Shown piece after piece: positions 16,932 to 25,257 of a stretch of 64,000 nt of DNA (its first letter is position 1; the number at the start of each line of letters is the position of its first letter). The stretch lies in contig CAYUYF010000016.1 in NCBI GenBank assembly GCA_964449145.1, positions 3,104 through 67,103 on the forward strand, written 5' to 3'. A model generated the notes under the pieces. The model did no database searches. It was not told the origin of the DNA and saw only the letters and a list, made by a program, of their open reading frames with translations. This DNA comes from an uncultured Gemmatimonadaceae bacterium (lineage in GTDB: Bacteria; Gemmatimonadota; Gemmatimonadetes; Gemmatimonadales; GWC2-71-9). A program made the translations under genes and the position numbers.

Positions 16932-16944
16932 CGCAGGCCCGGCA

Positions 16945-17136
16945 GTGAGGCACCATGAAGCCTACCTCGTCGTGACCGCCACGGTCTTCGCGCTGCCCAC
17001 CGTCGCACCCATCTGGCGCATCGCCGTAGAGGGGCTCCGGATGCTGAGCGATCCGGCGTTCGCACTGACAACCGTCTTCGCCACGGCGCTCTTCCTGTGG
17101 GCGGCTCGCCTGCTGCGATCCATCCTGGCGTCCTAG
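16945..17136 (+). pseudogene. Small two-TM membrane protein, possibly frameshifted at the start (or a GTG-initiated variant)
   Basis: Coding-like GC3 and two hydrophobic segments. The GAGG-preceded ATG at 16955 is out of frame; adding one G (ATG AAG [G]CC TAC) gives MKAYLVVTATVF. Confidence 0.4.
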
Positions 17137-17272
17137 GCCCCGGCGGCCCGGCGGACGGTCTGGGGGTGTCGTCAGGCTGGCAGGTCCATCGCTCGCCGGA
17201 TAGACTCCGGGTACCCTGGCGGTGGGCTATCGGGCAGATCAGGGGCGTCGGGGAAACCGGAGGTAACGTCTC

Positions 17273-17764
17273 GTGGACCTTTACCAGATCCCCGTGACCA
17301 GCATTGACGGCACGCCCGGCACGCTGGCGCCGTTCATGGGCCAGGTGCTGCTGGTCGTCAATGTGGCCAGCCACTGCGAGTACACCTCCCAGTACGCCGC
17401 TCTGGAACTGCTGTACCGCCGGCATCGGGCCGACGGTTTCGCCGTGCTGGGCTTCCCCTGCAACCAGTTTGCCGGCGAGGAGCCGGGATCCGAGGCGGAG
17501 ATACTGCAGTTCTGCCTGCGGGAGTTCGAGATCTCCTTCCCGCTCTTTTCCAAGGTGGAGGTCAACGGGCCAGGGGCGCATCCGCTCTACCAATATCTCA
17601 AGACCGGTGCCCTGGACCCTGGCCACTCCGCCGACCTGGAGTGGAACTTCACCAAGTTCCTGGTCGGCAGGGACGGGAAGGTTCGCGGGCGGTATGCTCC
17701 CAAGTCCTCTCCGGGAGTCGCCGAGCCGGAGATCGTGGCCGCACTGCTGGCGCGGCCTCACTAG
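17273..17764 (+). CDS. Cys-type glutathione peroxidase family protein
   Basis: VNVASHC, GFPCNQF, LFSKVEVNG, WNFTKFLV; GGAGGT RBS. Confidence 0.93.
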   Translation: MDLYQIPVTSIDGTPGTLAPFMGQVLLVVNVASHCEYTSQYAALELLYRRHRADGFAVLGFPCNQFAGEEPGSEAEILQFCLREFEISFPLFSKVEVNGPGAHPLYQYLKTGALDPGHSADLEWNFTKFLVGRDGKVRGRYAPKSSPGVAEPEIVAALLARPH

Positions 17765-17829
17765 CCGCAGGGCGGCGGCGCAAGGGCGGTCCGGCCCAGT
17801 CCGGAATCAAGCCACCCCAGCGCCCTCGG

Positions 17830-17858
17830 TTGCGAGGCGCGCGCCGCGATCCTATGTT
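17830..17858 (+). promoter_or_regulatory. sigma70 promoter for the small peptide gene
   Basis: TTGCGA(17830-35)-N17-TATGTT(17853-58). Confidence 0.55.
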
Positions 17859-17906
17859 GGCGGCGCGGAGACCGGGTGTCTCCGTCTCCCACACCTGGAG
17901 AGCCCT

Positions 17907-18047
17907 ATGGCGACTCCGAAACGCCCCGTCCGCAAGACCAAACTCCGCAACCTCAAACGGAAGTCGGTGAGACTCTCGGTCGCCGCCCGCATCATCGGCG
18001 GGGAGGAGCAGGGTGGGGCGGACAGGACCCGAAAGAAAGCCAAGTAA
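17907..18047 (+). CDS. 46-aa basic micropeptide with a double-Gly leader-like motif
   Basis: MATPKRPVRKTKLRNLKRKSVRLSVAARIIGGEEQGGADRTRKKAK; GGAG RBS at 17897-17900; own promoter and downstream hairpin. Confidence 0.65.
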   Translation: MATPKRPVRKTKLRNLKRKSVRLSVAARIIGGEEQGGADRTRKKAK

Positions 18048-18077
18048 GTCCTCTTCGGGCCCGGTCTGGTCCAGTAA

Positions 18078-18102
18078 CCGGTGGGGCCGTGTCGCCCACC
18101 GG
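18078..18102 (+). terminator. Hairpin after the micropeptide gene
   Basis: CCGGTGGG-N9-CCCACCGG followed by a weakly U-rich tract. Confidence 0.4.
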
Positions 18103-18287
18103 AGGTCTTCGCTTGCCTCCGCATTGATTCCCTTCTCGTAGGTCTCGCCGCCGGCCTCGCCGCTCCGACCGGCGGCCCCAATCGCCCCTCCCCCGGAACT
18201 ACCGCGCCGCCGGTCACGTTCTCCTCCCGAAGCTCACCTCGAGCCGCCTGCCGCATGCTCGACCATCCGTCCACCTGGGAGCGTGGC

Positions 18288-18584
18288 ATGAAGCGGTTCC
18301 GCGCGGTCCTGCATCATCCGGTCACCAATCTCGTGGTGGCCCTGGTCCTGGTCTCCACCAGCCTGATCGAAGTCTGGGGGTCCATCACGGGTGGTGCCGT
18401 AGAGATGGTGGTGGGCTCCATGGAGATGAGGGTGGGCGCCTACGACGGGGTACTGGCCTACGGACTGGTGCATCTCTTCCGCGCCATCGCGGAGCTGGTG
18501 GAGGACGTCGAGCACGGGCTCACGCGGGAGCAGGCTCGCGAGGTTCGGCGGAGCCCGCCGCTTGCCCCCGTCGGTGAGCGCTGA
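18288..18584 (+). CDS. Hypothetical small membrane protein
   Basis: Hydrophobic segments (LVVALVLVSTSLIEVW; GVLAYGLVHLF), coding-like codon usage; alternative ATG at 18255. Confidence 0.6.
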   Translation: MKRFRAVLHHPVTNLVVALVLVSTSLIEVWGSITGGAVEMVVGSMEMRVGAYDGVLAYGLVHLFRAIAELVEDVEHGLTREQAREVRRSPPLAPVGER

Positions 18585-18602
18585 CGCGGCGCCTGCACCC
18601 GC

Positions 18603-18631
18603 TTGCCGGCGGACCGGTGTCACCTTATACT
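18603..18631 (+). promoter_or_regulatory. sigma70 promoter of arsR-SRPBCC (leaderless), with an imperfect dyad over the start codon
   Basis: TTGCCG-N17-TATACT-N7-ATG(18639); imperfect dyad TTAGG-TAAATG-CCTTA spans the ATG. Confidence 0.6.
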
Positions 18632-18638
18632 TAGGTAA

Positions 18639-18977
18639 ATGCCTTATCAACGGCCGCGCCTCGATCGAGTCTTTCAGGCCCTCGCCGATCCCACCCGACG
18701 GGCGGTGGTCGCACGGCTCGGTGCGGGGCCCGCCAGCACCACCGACCTGGCCCGGCCGTTTCGGATGGCGCTGCCGTCCTTTGCCCAGCACCTCGGGGTC
18801 CTGGAGGCGTCCGGCCTGGTGCGGTCGCGAAAGGTGGGGCGGGTGCGGACCTACGAACTCACCCCCCGCCCGCTTCAGGCGGCCGAACAGTGGATCGCCG
18901 ATCAGCGGGGGATGTGGGAAGCGCGTCTCGACCAGCTGGAAACCTACCTTACCCTTGGCCAGGAGGCTTCGCAGTGA
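18639..18977 (+). CDS. ArsR/SmtB-family HTH regulator
   Basis: [37 protein letters not shown]. Confidence 0.92.
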   Translation: MPYQRPRLDRVFQALADPTRRAVVARLGAGPASTTDLARPFRMALPSFAQHLGVLEASGLVRSRKVGRVRTYELTPRPLQAAEQWIADQRGMWEARLDQLETYLTLGQEASQ

Positions 18978-19492
18978 CCCGCCCGTTCAACTACCATCCG
19001 GATCCCAGGCTCGATCTGGTTCTCGAACGCTCGGTGGATGTCCCCCGGCACCTCGTGTGGAAGGCGTGGACCACTCCGGACCACATCATGCAATGGTTCA
19101 CGCCCAGGCCCTGGTCCACGGTGGACTGTGAGATCGATCTCCGTCCCGGGGGGATTTTCCGGACCGTCATGCGTTCTCCGGAGGGGGAGGACTTCCCCAA
19201 TACCGGCTGCTACCTGGAGGTAATCGAGGCGGAGCGTCTCAGCTGGACGGATGCGCTGGAGCCAGGCTTTCGTCCCGCCCGACTGGCCGCCGAGCCGCCC
19301 CGCGGCGGGATCATCGCTTTCACCGCCGTGATCACCCTGGCCGATCATGGCGGCGGCACCCGTTACACCGCGCTCGCCATGCACCGCAGTGAGGCGGAGC
19401 GGGAGCGTCACGAAGGGATGGGTTTCCATGACGGCTGGGGCAAGGCGCTGGACCAGCTGGTTGCTCTGGCCCGGTCCATCAAGGCCACCTGA
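18974..19492 (+). CDS. SRPBCC/AHSA1 (START-like) ligand-binding protein
   Basis: [42 protein letters not shown]; GTGA overlap with arsR; AGGAGG RBS. Confidence 0.9.
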   Translation: MTRPFNYHPDPRLDLVLERSVDVPRHLVWKAWTTPDHIMQWFTPRPWSTVDCEIDLRPGGIFRTVMRSPEGEDFPNTGCYLEVIEAERLSWTDALEPGFRPARLAAEPPRGGIIAFTAVITLADHGGGTRYTALAMHRSEAERERHEGMGFHDGWGKALDQLVALARSIKAT

Positions 19493-19551
19493 ACTCGTAC
19501 CGGCCGCGGCCGGTCCGGTCCGTCTGGAGGGCGCTCCCCCTATATTCTGGC

Positions 19552-20871
19552 ATGGTCAATCGCCGGAACTTCGTCGCCGCCAGCGGGCTAGCCGGGTTCG
19601 GTCTCGCCGCCGGTCGGCCGCTCGAGCCGGCGGCCTTTCCACTCCCGCAGGACCCCCTTCCAACGCTCAACCGGCCCTCCGGCCCCGCCAACGTCGTGGC
19701 CCGAGACGAGGCTTATTGGGGCCGGGTCCGTGCCTACTACCGGGTCTCGGATCAGTACACCAACCTCGAGGCGGGTTACTACGGTATGATGGCCGTCCCG
19801 GTCCTGGCGGAATTCCACCGCCACATTGACCGGGTCAACCTCGAAAGCTCCTTCTACGCCCGCCGCAGCTACGATGCCGATCTCGAGGCCGCCCGGGTTC
19901 GGGTCGCCGAGCTGGTTGGGGTCCGGGCTGCAGAGATCGTCTTTACCCGAGGCGCCACCGAGGCGCTCCAGTGCCTCATCGCCCAGTACAACCAGCTGCG
20001 CCCGGGCGACACGGTGCTCTACTCGGATGTGGACTACATGGCGATGCAGGACGCCATGAACTGGCTGGCCGGCCGAAGGGGCGTCACGGTGGAGCACTTC
20101 AGCCTTCCGGAACCGGCTACGCCCGCCGCGGCGCTGGCCGCATATGATGATGCGCTCACCCGCAATCCCCGCACCCGGCTGCTCCTGCTCACCCACCTGA
20201 ACAACAAGTCCGGCCTGGTCCTGCCAGTCAAAGAGATCGCCGAGCTGGCCCGGCAGCGGGGGGTGGACGTGGTGGTGGACGCGGCGCACTCGTTCGGTCA
20301 GGTGGAGCTGACCATTCCGGACCTCAGCGCCGATTTCGTCGGCTTCAACCTGCACAAATGGCTGGGTGCCCCGATCGGCGCCGGAGCGATGTACATCCGG
20401 GAAGGGCGGCTGCCGGACATCGACCGGATGTACGCCGACGAGACTGCGCCTGAATCCAGCATCAACAGCCGGATCCACACCGGGACGGCCAACTTCGCGA
20501 CCTACCTCACCGTGCCGGCTGCGCTGGATTTTCACGCCGCGGTGGGGCCGGCGTACAAGGCTGCTCGGGTCCACTACCTCCGCGACCGGTGGGTCTCCCA
20601 GGTCCGGGGCACACCGGGCATTGAGATCCTCACTCCGGACGACCCCGTCTCGGTGGCGGCCATCACCTCCTTTCGCCTCCACGGCCGCACCGGCAAGCCC
20701 GAGAACCAGGCGGTCGTGGCCGAGCTGCTGGAGCGGTACCGGCTGTTCACGGTCTGGCGGACCGGTTTGGCGGGAGGCGACTGCGTCCGGGTCACCCCCG
20801 CGCTGTACAACACGCCGGCCGACGCCGATCGACTGGCCGTGGCGCTGAGGGAGATTGCCGCGCGAGGGTAG
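19552..20871 (+). CDS. Class V PLP-dependent aminotransferase (isopenicillin N epimerase/cysteine desulfurase-like) with Tat signal
   Basis: NRRNF Tat motif; TRGATEAL, VVDAAHS, NLHKW (PLP lysine). Confidence 0.88.
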   Translation: MVNRRNFVAASGLAGFGLAAGRPLEPAAFPLPQDPLPTLNRPSGPANVVARDEAYWGRVRAYYRVSDQYTNLEAGYYGMMAVPVLAEFHRHIDRVNLESSFYARRSYDADLEAARVRVAELVGVRAAEIVFTRGATEALQCLIAQYNQLRPGDTVLYSDVDYMAMQDAMNWLAGRRGVTVEHFSLPEPATPAAALAAYDDALTRNPRTRLLLLTHLNNKSGLVLPVKEIAELARQRGVDVVVDAAHSFGQVELTIPDLSADFVGFNLHKWLGAPIGAGAMYIREGRLPDIDRMYADETAPESSINSRIHTGTANFATYLTVPAALDFHAAVGPAYKAARVHYLRDRWVSQVRGTPGIEILTPDDPVSVAAITSFRLHGRTGKPENQAVVAELLERYRLFTVWRTGLAGGDCVRVTPALYNTPADADRLAVALREIAARG

Positions 20872-20881
20872 CGCTCGAGGC

Positions 20882-21679
20882 ATGCTTATCCGCCTGGCCG
20901 TCAACCTGGTCCTGCTGGTCGCGATCTACTGGACCCTGCTGTTCTTTGCCCAGCGGCGGCTGATGTACCCAGCGCCGTCGGCGGCGGGTGCGCCGCCGGC
21001 GCCGGCGGAGGCGACGGTGGTCTGGCTCGACTCGCCCGCCGGCCGCACCGAGGCGTGGTACCTCCCTCCGCTGGGCCGGCGGGGCTCCTCGGCCCCCATC
21101 CTCCTCTTCGCCCACGGCAATGCCGAGCTGATCCAGTATTGGCCCCCGGACTTCGAGGAGGCCAGGCGATGGGGCATGGGGGTGCTGCTGGTGGAGTACC
21201 CTGGCTATGGCCATTCCGGCGGAGCGCCATCCCGGGCGTCCATCCAGCAAGCCTTCGAGGCGGCGTTCGACTGGGCCAGCGCCGAACCGGGGATAGATGC
21301 CGCACGCATCGTGGCCTATGGCCGCTCGCTGGGGGGAGGTGCGGTGTGCGCCCTCACGGGCACCCGGCGTCCGGCCGGCCTGATTCTGGAGTCCACCTTT
21401 TCCAACACGACGGAGTTCGCCTGGGGGATGGGGGCGCCGCCATTCCTGGTGCGGGATCGCTTCGACAATCTCGCCGCGGTGCGGGCCTTCACCGGCCCCC
21501 GGCTGATTCTCCACGGCGAGTCCGATCACATCATCCCTACCCGCCACGGCCGGCGCCTGGCAGAAGCTGGCGCCGTGCCGCTCCACCTGATGGCTTGCGG
21601 GCACAACGACTGCCCCCGGCCGTGGCCGGAGATCAGGGAGTTCCTGGTCGCAAACCGACTCGTACCGGCCGAACCGTGA
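20882..21679 (+). CDS. Membrane-anchored alpha/beta hydrolase (ABHD/BEM46-like)
   Basis: N-terminal TM; FAHGNAE, EYPGYG, GRSLGG nucleophile elbow, ILHGESD, CGHND. Confidence 0.88.
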   Translation: MLIRLAVNLVLLVAIYWTLLFFAQRRLMYPAPSAAGAPPAPAEATVVWLDSPAGRTEAWYLPPLGRRGSSAPILLFAHGNAELIQYWPPDFEEARRWGMGVLLVEYPGYGHSGGAPSRASIQQAFEAAFDWASAEPGIDAARIVAYGRSLGGGAVCALTGTRRPAGLILESTFSNTTEFAWGMGAPPFLVRDRFDNLAAVRAFTGPRLILHGESDHIIPTRHGRRLAEAGAVPLHLMACGHNDCPRPWPEIREFLVANRLVPAEP

Positions 21680-21707
21680 GTCCGCCCGGGGAGCGTGCCG
21701 GGGGAGA

Positions 21708-22820
21708 CTAGTGTCGAGAGGTTCGGCGGCGGCGTCGCTCGCCGGTGGGCGGCGTCCCGCCGGAGGAGCGGCGTACCCATCGGGGCAGGGCCTGCCGACG
21801 GGCATCCACATCCTGCACATCCGCCCTGGCGCCAAGAGCAAGGAAAAGGACCCGGGCCCTCGCCAGGGAGGCGCGAGCCTGCTGGATGTTGCCTTGATCC
21901 GCCTGCAGTTCGGAGAGGCTCCGCCACGCTTCGGCTTCGCTCAGGGGGCTGCGGGCGGCCACGGCGCAGCTGATCGCAGTCCGAAGACGGGACTCCGCCA
22001 GGGTCGGCAAACCCGTCGAATGAAATACCATGCCGAGCACTCGGTAGGCATCAGGCTTGTCGGCCACCGAGTTGGTCCGGTCGAAGGTTGCCAGCGCCCG
22101 CTCCGCCAGCTGGCGCGCCTCATCGTACTGTTCCAGGGCGCAGTGGAGCTCGGCGCGGTTCAGGGCGCAGAGGGCCTCCAGGTGAACATCGCCCACCAAT
22201 GCGGCCAGATAGCTGGCCCGGCTGTAGTGGCGGTGCGCCTCCTCCCAGACCTCGCCGTCGGCCTCCAGCATCCCGAGGTTATGGTGCACCTGCGCCGCCG
22301 CGCGATCATCGCCGGCCTCCTCGTGGCCCGCGAGCGCCCGGCGATAGTGCAGTTCCGCCGAGCCCCGGTCTCCCCGGATGCTCGCAATGTTGCCGAGATT
22401 CTGGTCCACCCGGGCCAGGAGCCGGGCGTTGGCGCATCCGGTCTCCCGGGCCCGTTCGTAGGCGGTTGAGGCCCCGGTCAGGTCACCGGACTCGAAGGCG
22501 ATCCCCGCCAGGGTATTGAGCGCCTCCGCGGTGAGGTCGGTATCTCCGGCGGCCGTGGCCAGCTCGTGGCTCTCGGTGGCGTAGCGCCGGGCAGCGTCGG
22601 ACTCGCCCTGCTGCTGGTGCAGGACCGCGAAGCGGCGGAGGGCCTCGGCCAGCGCGCGCCGATCCTGCTCTCCGCGCGCGAGGTCAATCGCCCGGGCGAA
22701 ACTCGACAGGGCCTCCGCCCAGCGCCCTTCGAGCTGGTGACGGCAGCCCGCCAGGAGGTGGGCTCCCTGCCGCACCGCCTCTGTGGACTCCGCTCGGGGA
22801 TTCGCCGTTGGTAGTGGCAC
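21708..22820 (-). CDS. Tetratricopeptide-repeat protein without an output domain
   Basis: Repeated A-L..L-G/A...G..A..Y..A helical units throughout. Confidence 0.8.
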   Translation of the reverse strand: MPLPTANPRAESTEAVRQGAHLLAGCRHQLEGRWAEALSSFARAIDLARGEQDRRALAEALRRFAVLHQQQGESDAARRYATESHELATAAGDTDLTAEALNTLAGIAFESGDLTGASTAYERARETGCANARLLARVDQNLGNIASIRGDRGSAELHYRRALAGHEEAGDDRAAAQVHHNLGMLEADGEVWEEAHRHYSRASYLAALVGDVHLEALCALNRAELHCALEQYDEARQLAERALATFDRTNSVADKPDAYRVLGMVFHSTGLPTLAESRLRTAISCAVAARSPLSEAEAWRSLSELQADQGNIQQARASLARARVLFLALGARADVQDVDARRQALPRWVRRSSGGTPPTGERRRRRTSRH

Positions 22821-23306
22821 GCCTTGCCTGGTCAGAGGACTCCGGCCGGGGTACGGCCTCTGGCTTCAGGACCAGCTCGCCAGAAACCACCCCCCATGCC
22901 GGTGTACCCAAGCAGGGCGTGGGCCACGTCACCAGAGTAACGTCAATATTCTTGACAGTTGCTCAGATTTGTTCTCGTAACACGCTGATAGATATGGAAT
23001 AAGTTATCGCGAACAATTGCGTTGGTTGACTCAATACCAGACAGGCACCGGTGGATCTGCGGGCCTGGTCCGCCACAAGACGGGGCGCCGTTGCTACAGC
23101 CTCACCACCCGGGGCGGCGGCAGCCCTACCGGGCTTGGAATGCCCCGGGCCGGTCGCCTGCGGGGCGAGCGCCCGTCGCCGCCTTGCCCGATCGGCCGAC
23201 GAGCCGTATGGTGGACCTCGAAGCCGACTTCAGTTCGCTGGCACCAACCTGGTGGACCGCGCCGCTCCCCGCGGGCCGGTCCATGCCACTGGACCAGGAG
23301 GCCCGC

Positions 23307-23861
23307 ATGGATCCGCCGAGAGCTGGCTGCAACGTCATCCCACTCGTTGTGTGTCTCGCCGCCTGTAGTGGCCCTCCGCCCGCCGCGCCCTCCCTGACGG
23401 CCGGACTCTCGGAAGCCATCGCCTCGCTCCCCTGGGAAAAGAACCGCGGTGGTTTCCCAGCCTGGTGTCCCGATCTCTCCCCGTGCGATACGCTGTGGAT
23501 TGAGCCTCGGGTGGTGCAGCTTCCCCATCCCGCGCCGGTGTTTTTCGTTCCCGCCTCCCGGCCGGTGCTGCTCCAGCTGGAGGGGGAGCCGGCCGAGGCC
23601 CTCCCGGCGCTCGCCTCCTGGCGGCGACCGCTCCGTTGGGGCGACTGGGGTGAATGTCGGGCCCAGCGCCACGACCCTGGCTGGGCCTCGTATCGCCGGG
23701 CCTGCGTGGCGCTGGCGGTGGCCGGGGACACCCTCGGTGACACGGTGCACGTGGCGATGCTGGTGCTCTCGCCCACCAGCGGCCTGAGCTGGCCCCGGCT
23801 CCGGCTCAGCGACCGCCACAGCGGCTGGCACTCCGAGATCTCCTGGATGGGCGGGGAGTAG
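23307..23861 (+). CDS. Hypothetical Cys/Trp/Pro-rich lipoprotein
   Basis: Lipobox VVCLAAC; CAGGAG RBS before ATG 23307; the frame is open back to 23022, so the start is uncertain. Confidence 0.55.
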   Translation: MDPPRAGCNVIPLVVCLAACSGPPPAAPSLTAGLSEAIASLPWEKNRGGFPAWCPDLSPCDTLWIEPRVVQLPHPAPVFFVPASRPVLLQLEGEPAEALPALASWRRPLRWGDWGECRAQRHDPGWASYRRACVALAVAGDTLGDTVHVAMLVLSPTSGLSWPRLRLSDRHSGWHSEISWMGGE

Positions 23862-23959
23862 GGCGCGGTGGGAGGGTAGGACAGGCTGCGCGGGTCCGGC
23901 TCAGTTCCCGCGACCATTCATCCGATACTCCAGAGAACCCTCCTTTCTGGAGTTCGGCA

Positions 23960-24703
23960 ATGTCGCTCTACTGTCCGCGGCTCGGTTCCCTTGTGGTGGC
24001 GCTCCTGGCCAGTGCGGCCTGTTCCTCCCAGACCTCCCCGGCGCCGGCGCTCGTCATCTACGGGTCCTCCCAGGCGGCTCCAGCTCCGGTGCTAGGGCTG
24101 GCCGTAGCCGGGGCGGCGCCTCGATCGCCGCTGCCTCGCGCCAGCTTCGCCACCGACTCGGCGGCGCCCAGCCACATGTGGATCGCGATGTACTCGCTGT
24201 ACCTCTCCCCGAACCCCGACTGCACCGCGCCGTTCCTGGTGCAGGACTACGGAGCGGGCGGGTCGGTCAAGGATTTCGCGCTCAACCAGGTGCTGTTCCA
24301 GGCCGAGCCCGATGCCGGCACCTATCCCTGCATGATCTTCCGGATGAGTGACGTGCTGTCCATGGTGCCGGAGCGCAGCTTCGGCCCCTGCGACTCGACC
24401 CAGACCTACGTCGGGGACATTTACCGCGATGGTGAGACCGACTGGATCGACCAGGACGGCAATGCCATCATCGGGCGCGGGAGCGATGACCCGGCCGGCG
24501 CGGTGGACGATCACGTCGCCATCTTCTTCACTACCGACACCGGCGCCGCATTGGGTCGGGGCGTCAGCTCCAACCAACTGGTGGGGCTGACCAGCCCGCT
24601 GGTCTCTCCCGGGCAGTCTACGCTCTATTGGGACATGTCCGGCGCGGTGCAGGACGAGAACGGCTATTGCTCGATTCTGCCCCGGCCGATCACCTTCCGG
24701 TAG
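23960..24703 (+). CDS. Hypothetical lipoprotein
   Basis: Lipobox LLASAAC; GGAG RBS; coding-like codon usage; four mature Cys. Confidence 0.7.
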   Translation: MSLYCPRLGSLVVALLASAACSSQTSPAPALVIYGSSQAAPAPVLGLAVAGAAPRSPLPRASFATDSAAPSHMWIAMYSLYLSPNPDCTAPFLVQDYGAGGSVKDFALNQVLFQAEPDAGTYPCMIFRMSDVLSMVPERSFGPCDSTQTYVGDIYRDGETDWIDQDGNAIIGRGSDDPAGAVDDHVAIFFTTDTGAALGRGVSSNQLVGLTSPLVSPGQSTLYWDMSGAVQDENGYCSILPRPITFR

Positions 24704-24792
24704 GCGCCTCGCGGGGCGGCGGATCCAGAGATCCGGTCCGGCGGATGCGACGTTATCATTGGACCACTCCTCTCTTCCTGTCCGAGGTGCCA

Positions 24793-25161
24793 ATGATGAC
24801 CGCCCGCACCCGCAACATTCTCGGGTGGGCCGCTCAACTCGTCGCCGCCGCCATTCTCGGCATGGCCGGCGTGTCCAAGCTCCTGGGCGCCCCGGATTCC
24901 GTGGCTCTGTTCACCCTCCTCGGCGCCGAGCCGTACGGGCGCCTGGCCCTGGGCGCCGTGGAGCTGGTGGCGGCGATCCTGCTCCTGTGGCCGGCGCGGG
25001 CGGTGGTCGGCGCCGGACTCGGGGCCGCGCTCATGATCGGTGCCATCGGGACCCATCTGCTGAAGATCGGGATCAGTTATCCGGGAGATTACAGCCTCAT
25101 CATCATGGCGTGCGTGGTGCTCGTCGCATGCGCGGCGACGGTGGGGTTGCGGCGGGCGTAG
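24793..25161 (+). CDS. DoxX/MauE-family membrane protein
   Basis: Four TM segments, GAVELVAAILLL, AIGTHL; GAGGT RBS. Confidence 0.8.
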   Translation: MMTARTRNILGWAAQLVAAAILGMAGVSKLLGAPDSVALFTLLGAEPYGRLALGAVELVAAILLLWPARAVVGAGLGAALMIGAIGTHLLKIGISYPGDYSLIIMACVVLVACAATVGLRRA

Positions 25162-25257
25162 GCGGGCCTTCGGCTGGGTTCCGTTGGTGAGCCGCGATCC
25201 GTGCTCCTCCGCAGGCGAGCTAAGAGTCGGATCGCGGAGCCTGAAGTGCCCTCGGGC

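Noticed and set aside
17273-17764. Selenocysteine in the GPx (and in Prx/TlpA at 50727-51819)
   Set aside because: Active-site codons are TGC/TGT, and there is no in-frame TGA.
23022-23306. N-terminal 95-codon extension of the first lipoprotein as real coding sequence
   Set aside because: It would bury the lipobox signal, and there is a good RBS at 23307; left as unresolved UTR.
25190-25240. Structured ncRNA between doxX and treS (CCGCGATCCG...CGGATCGCGG)
   Set aside because: A single stem between convergent genes is most simply a terminator-like element; no family features.
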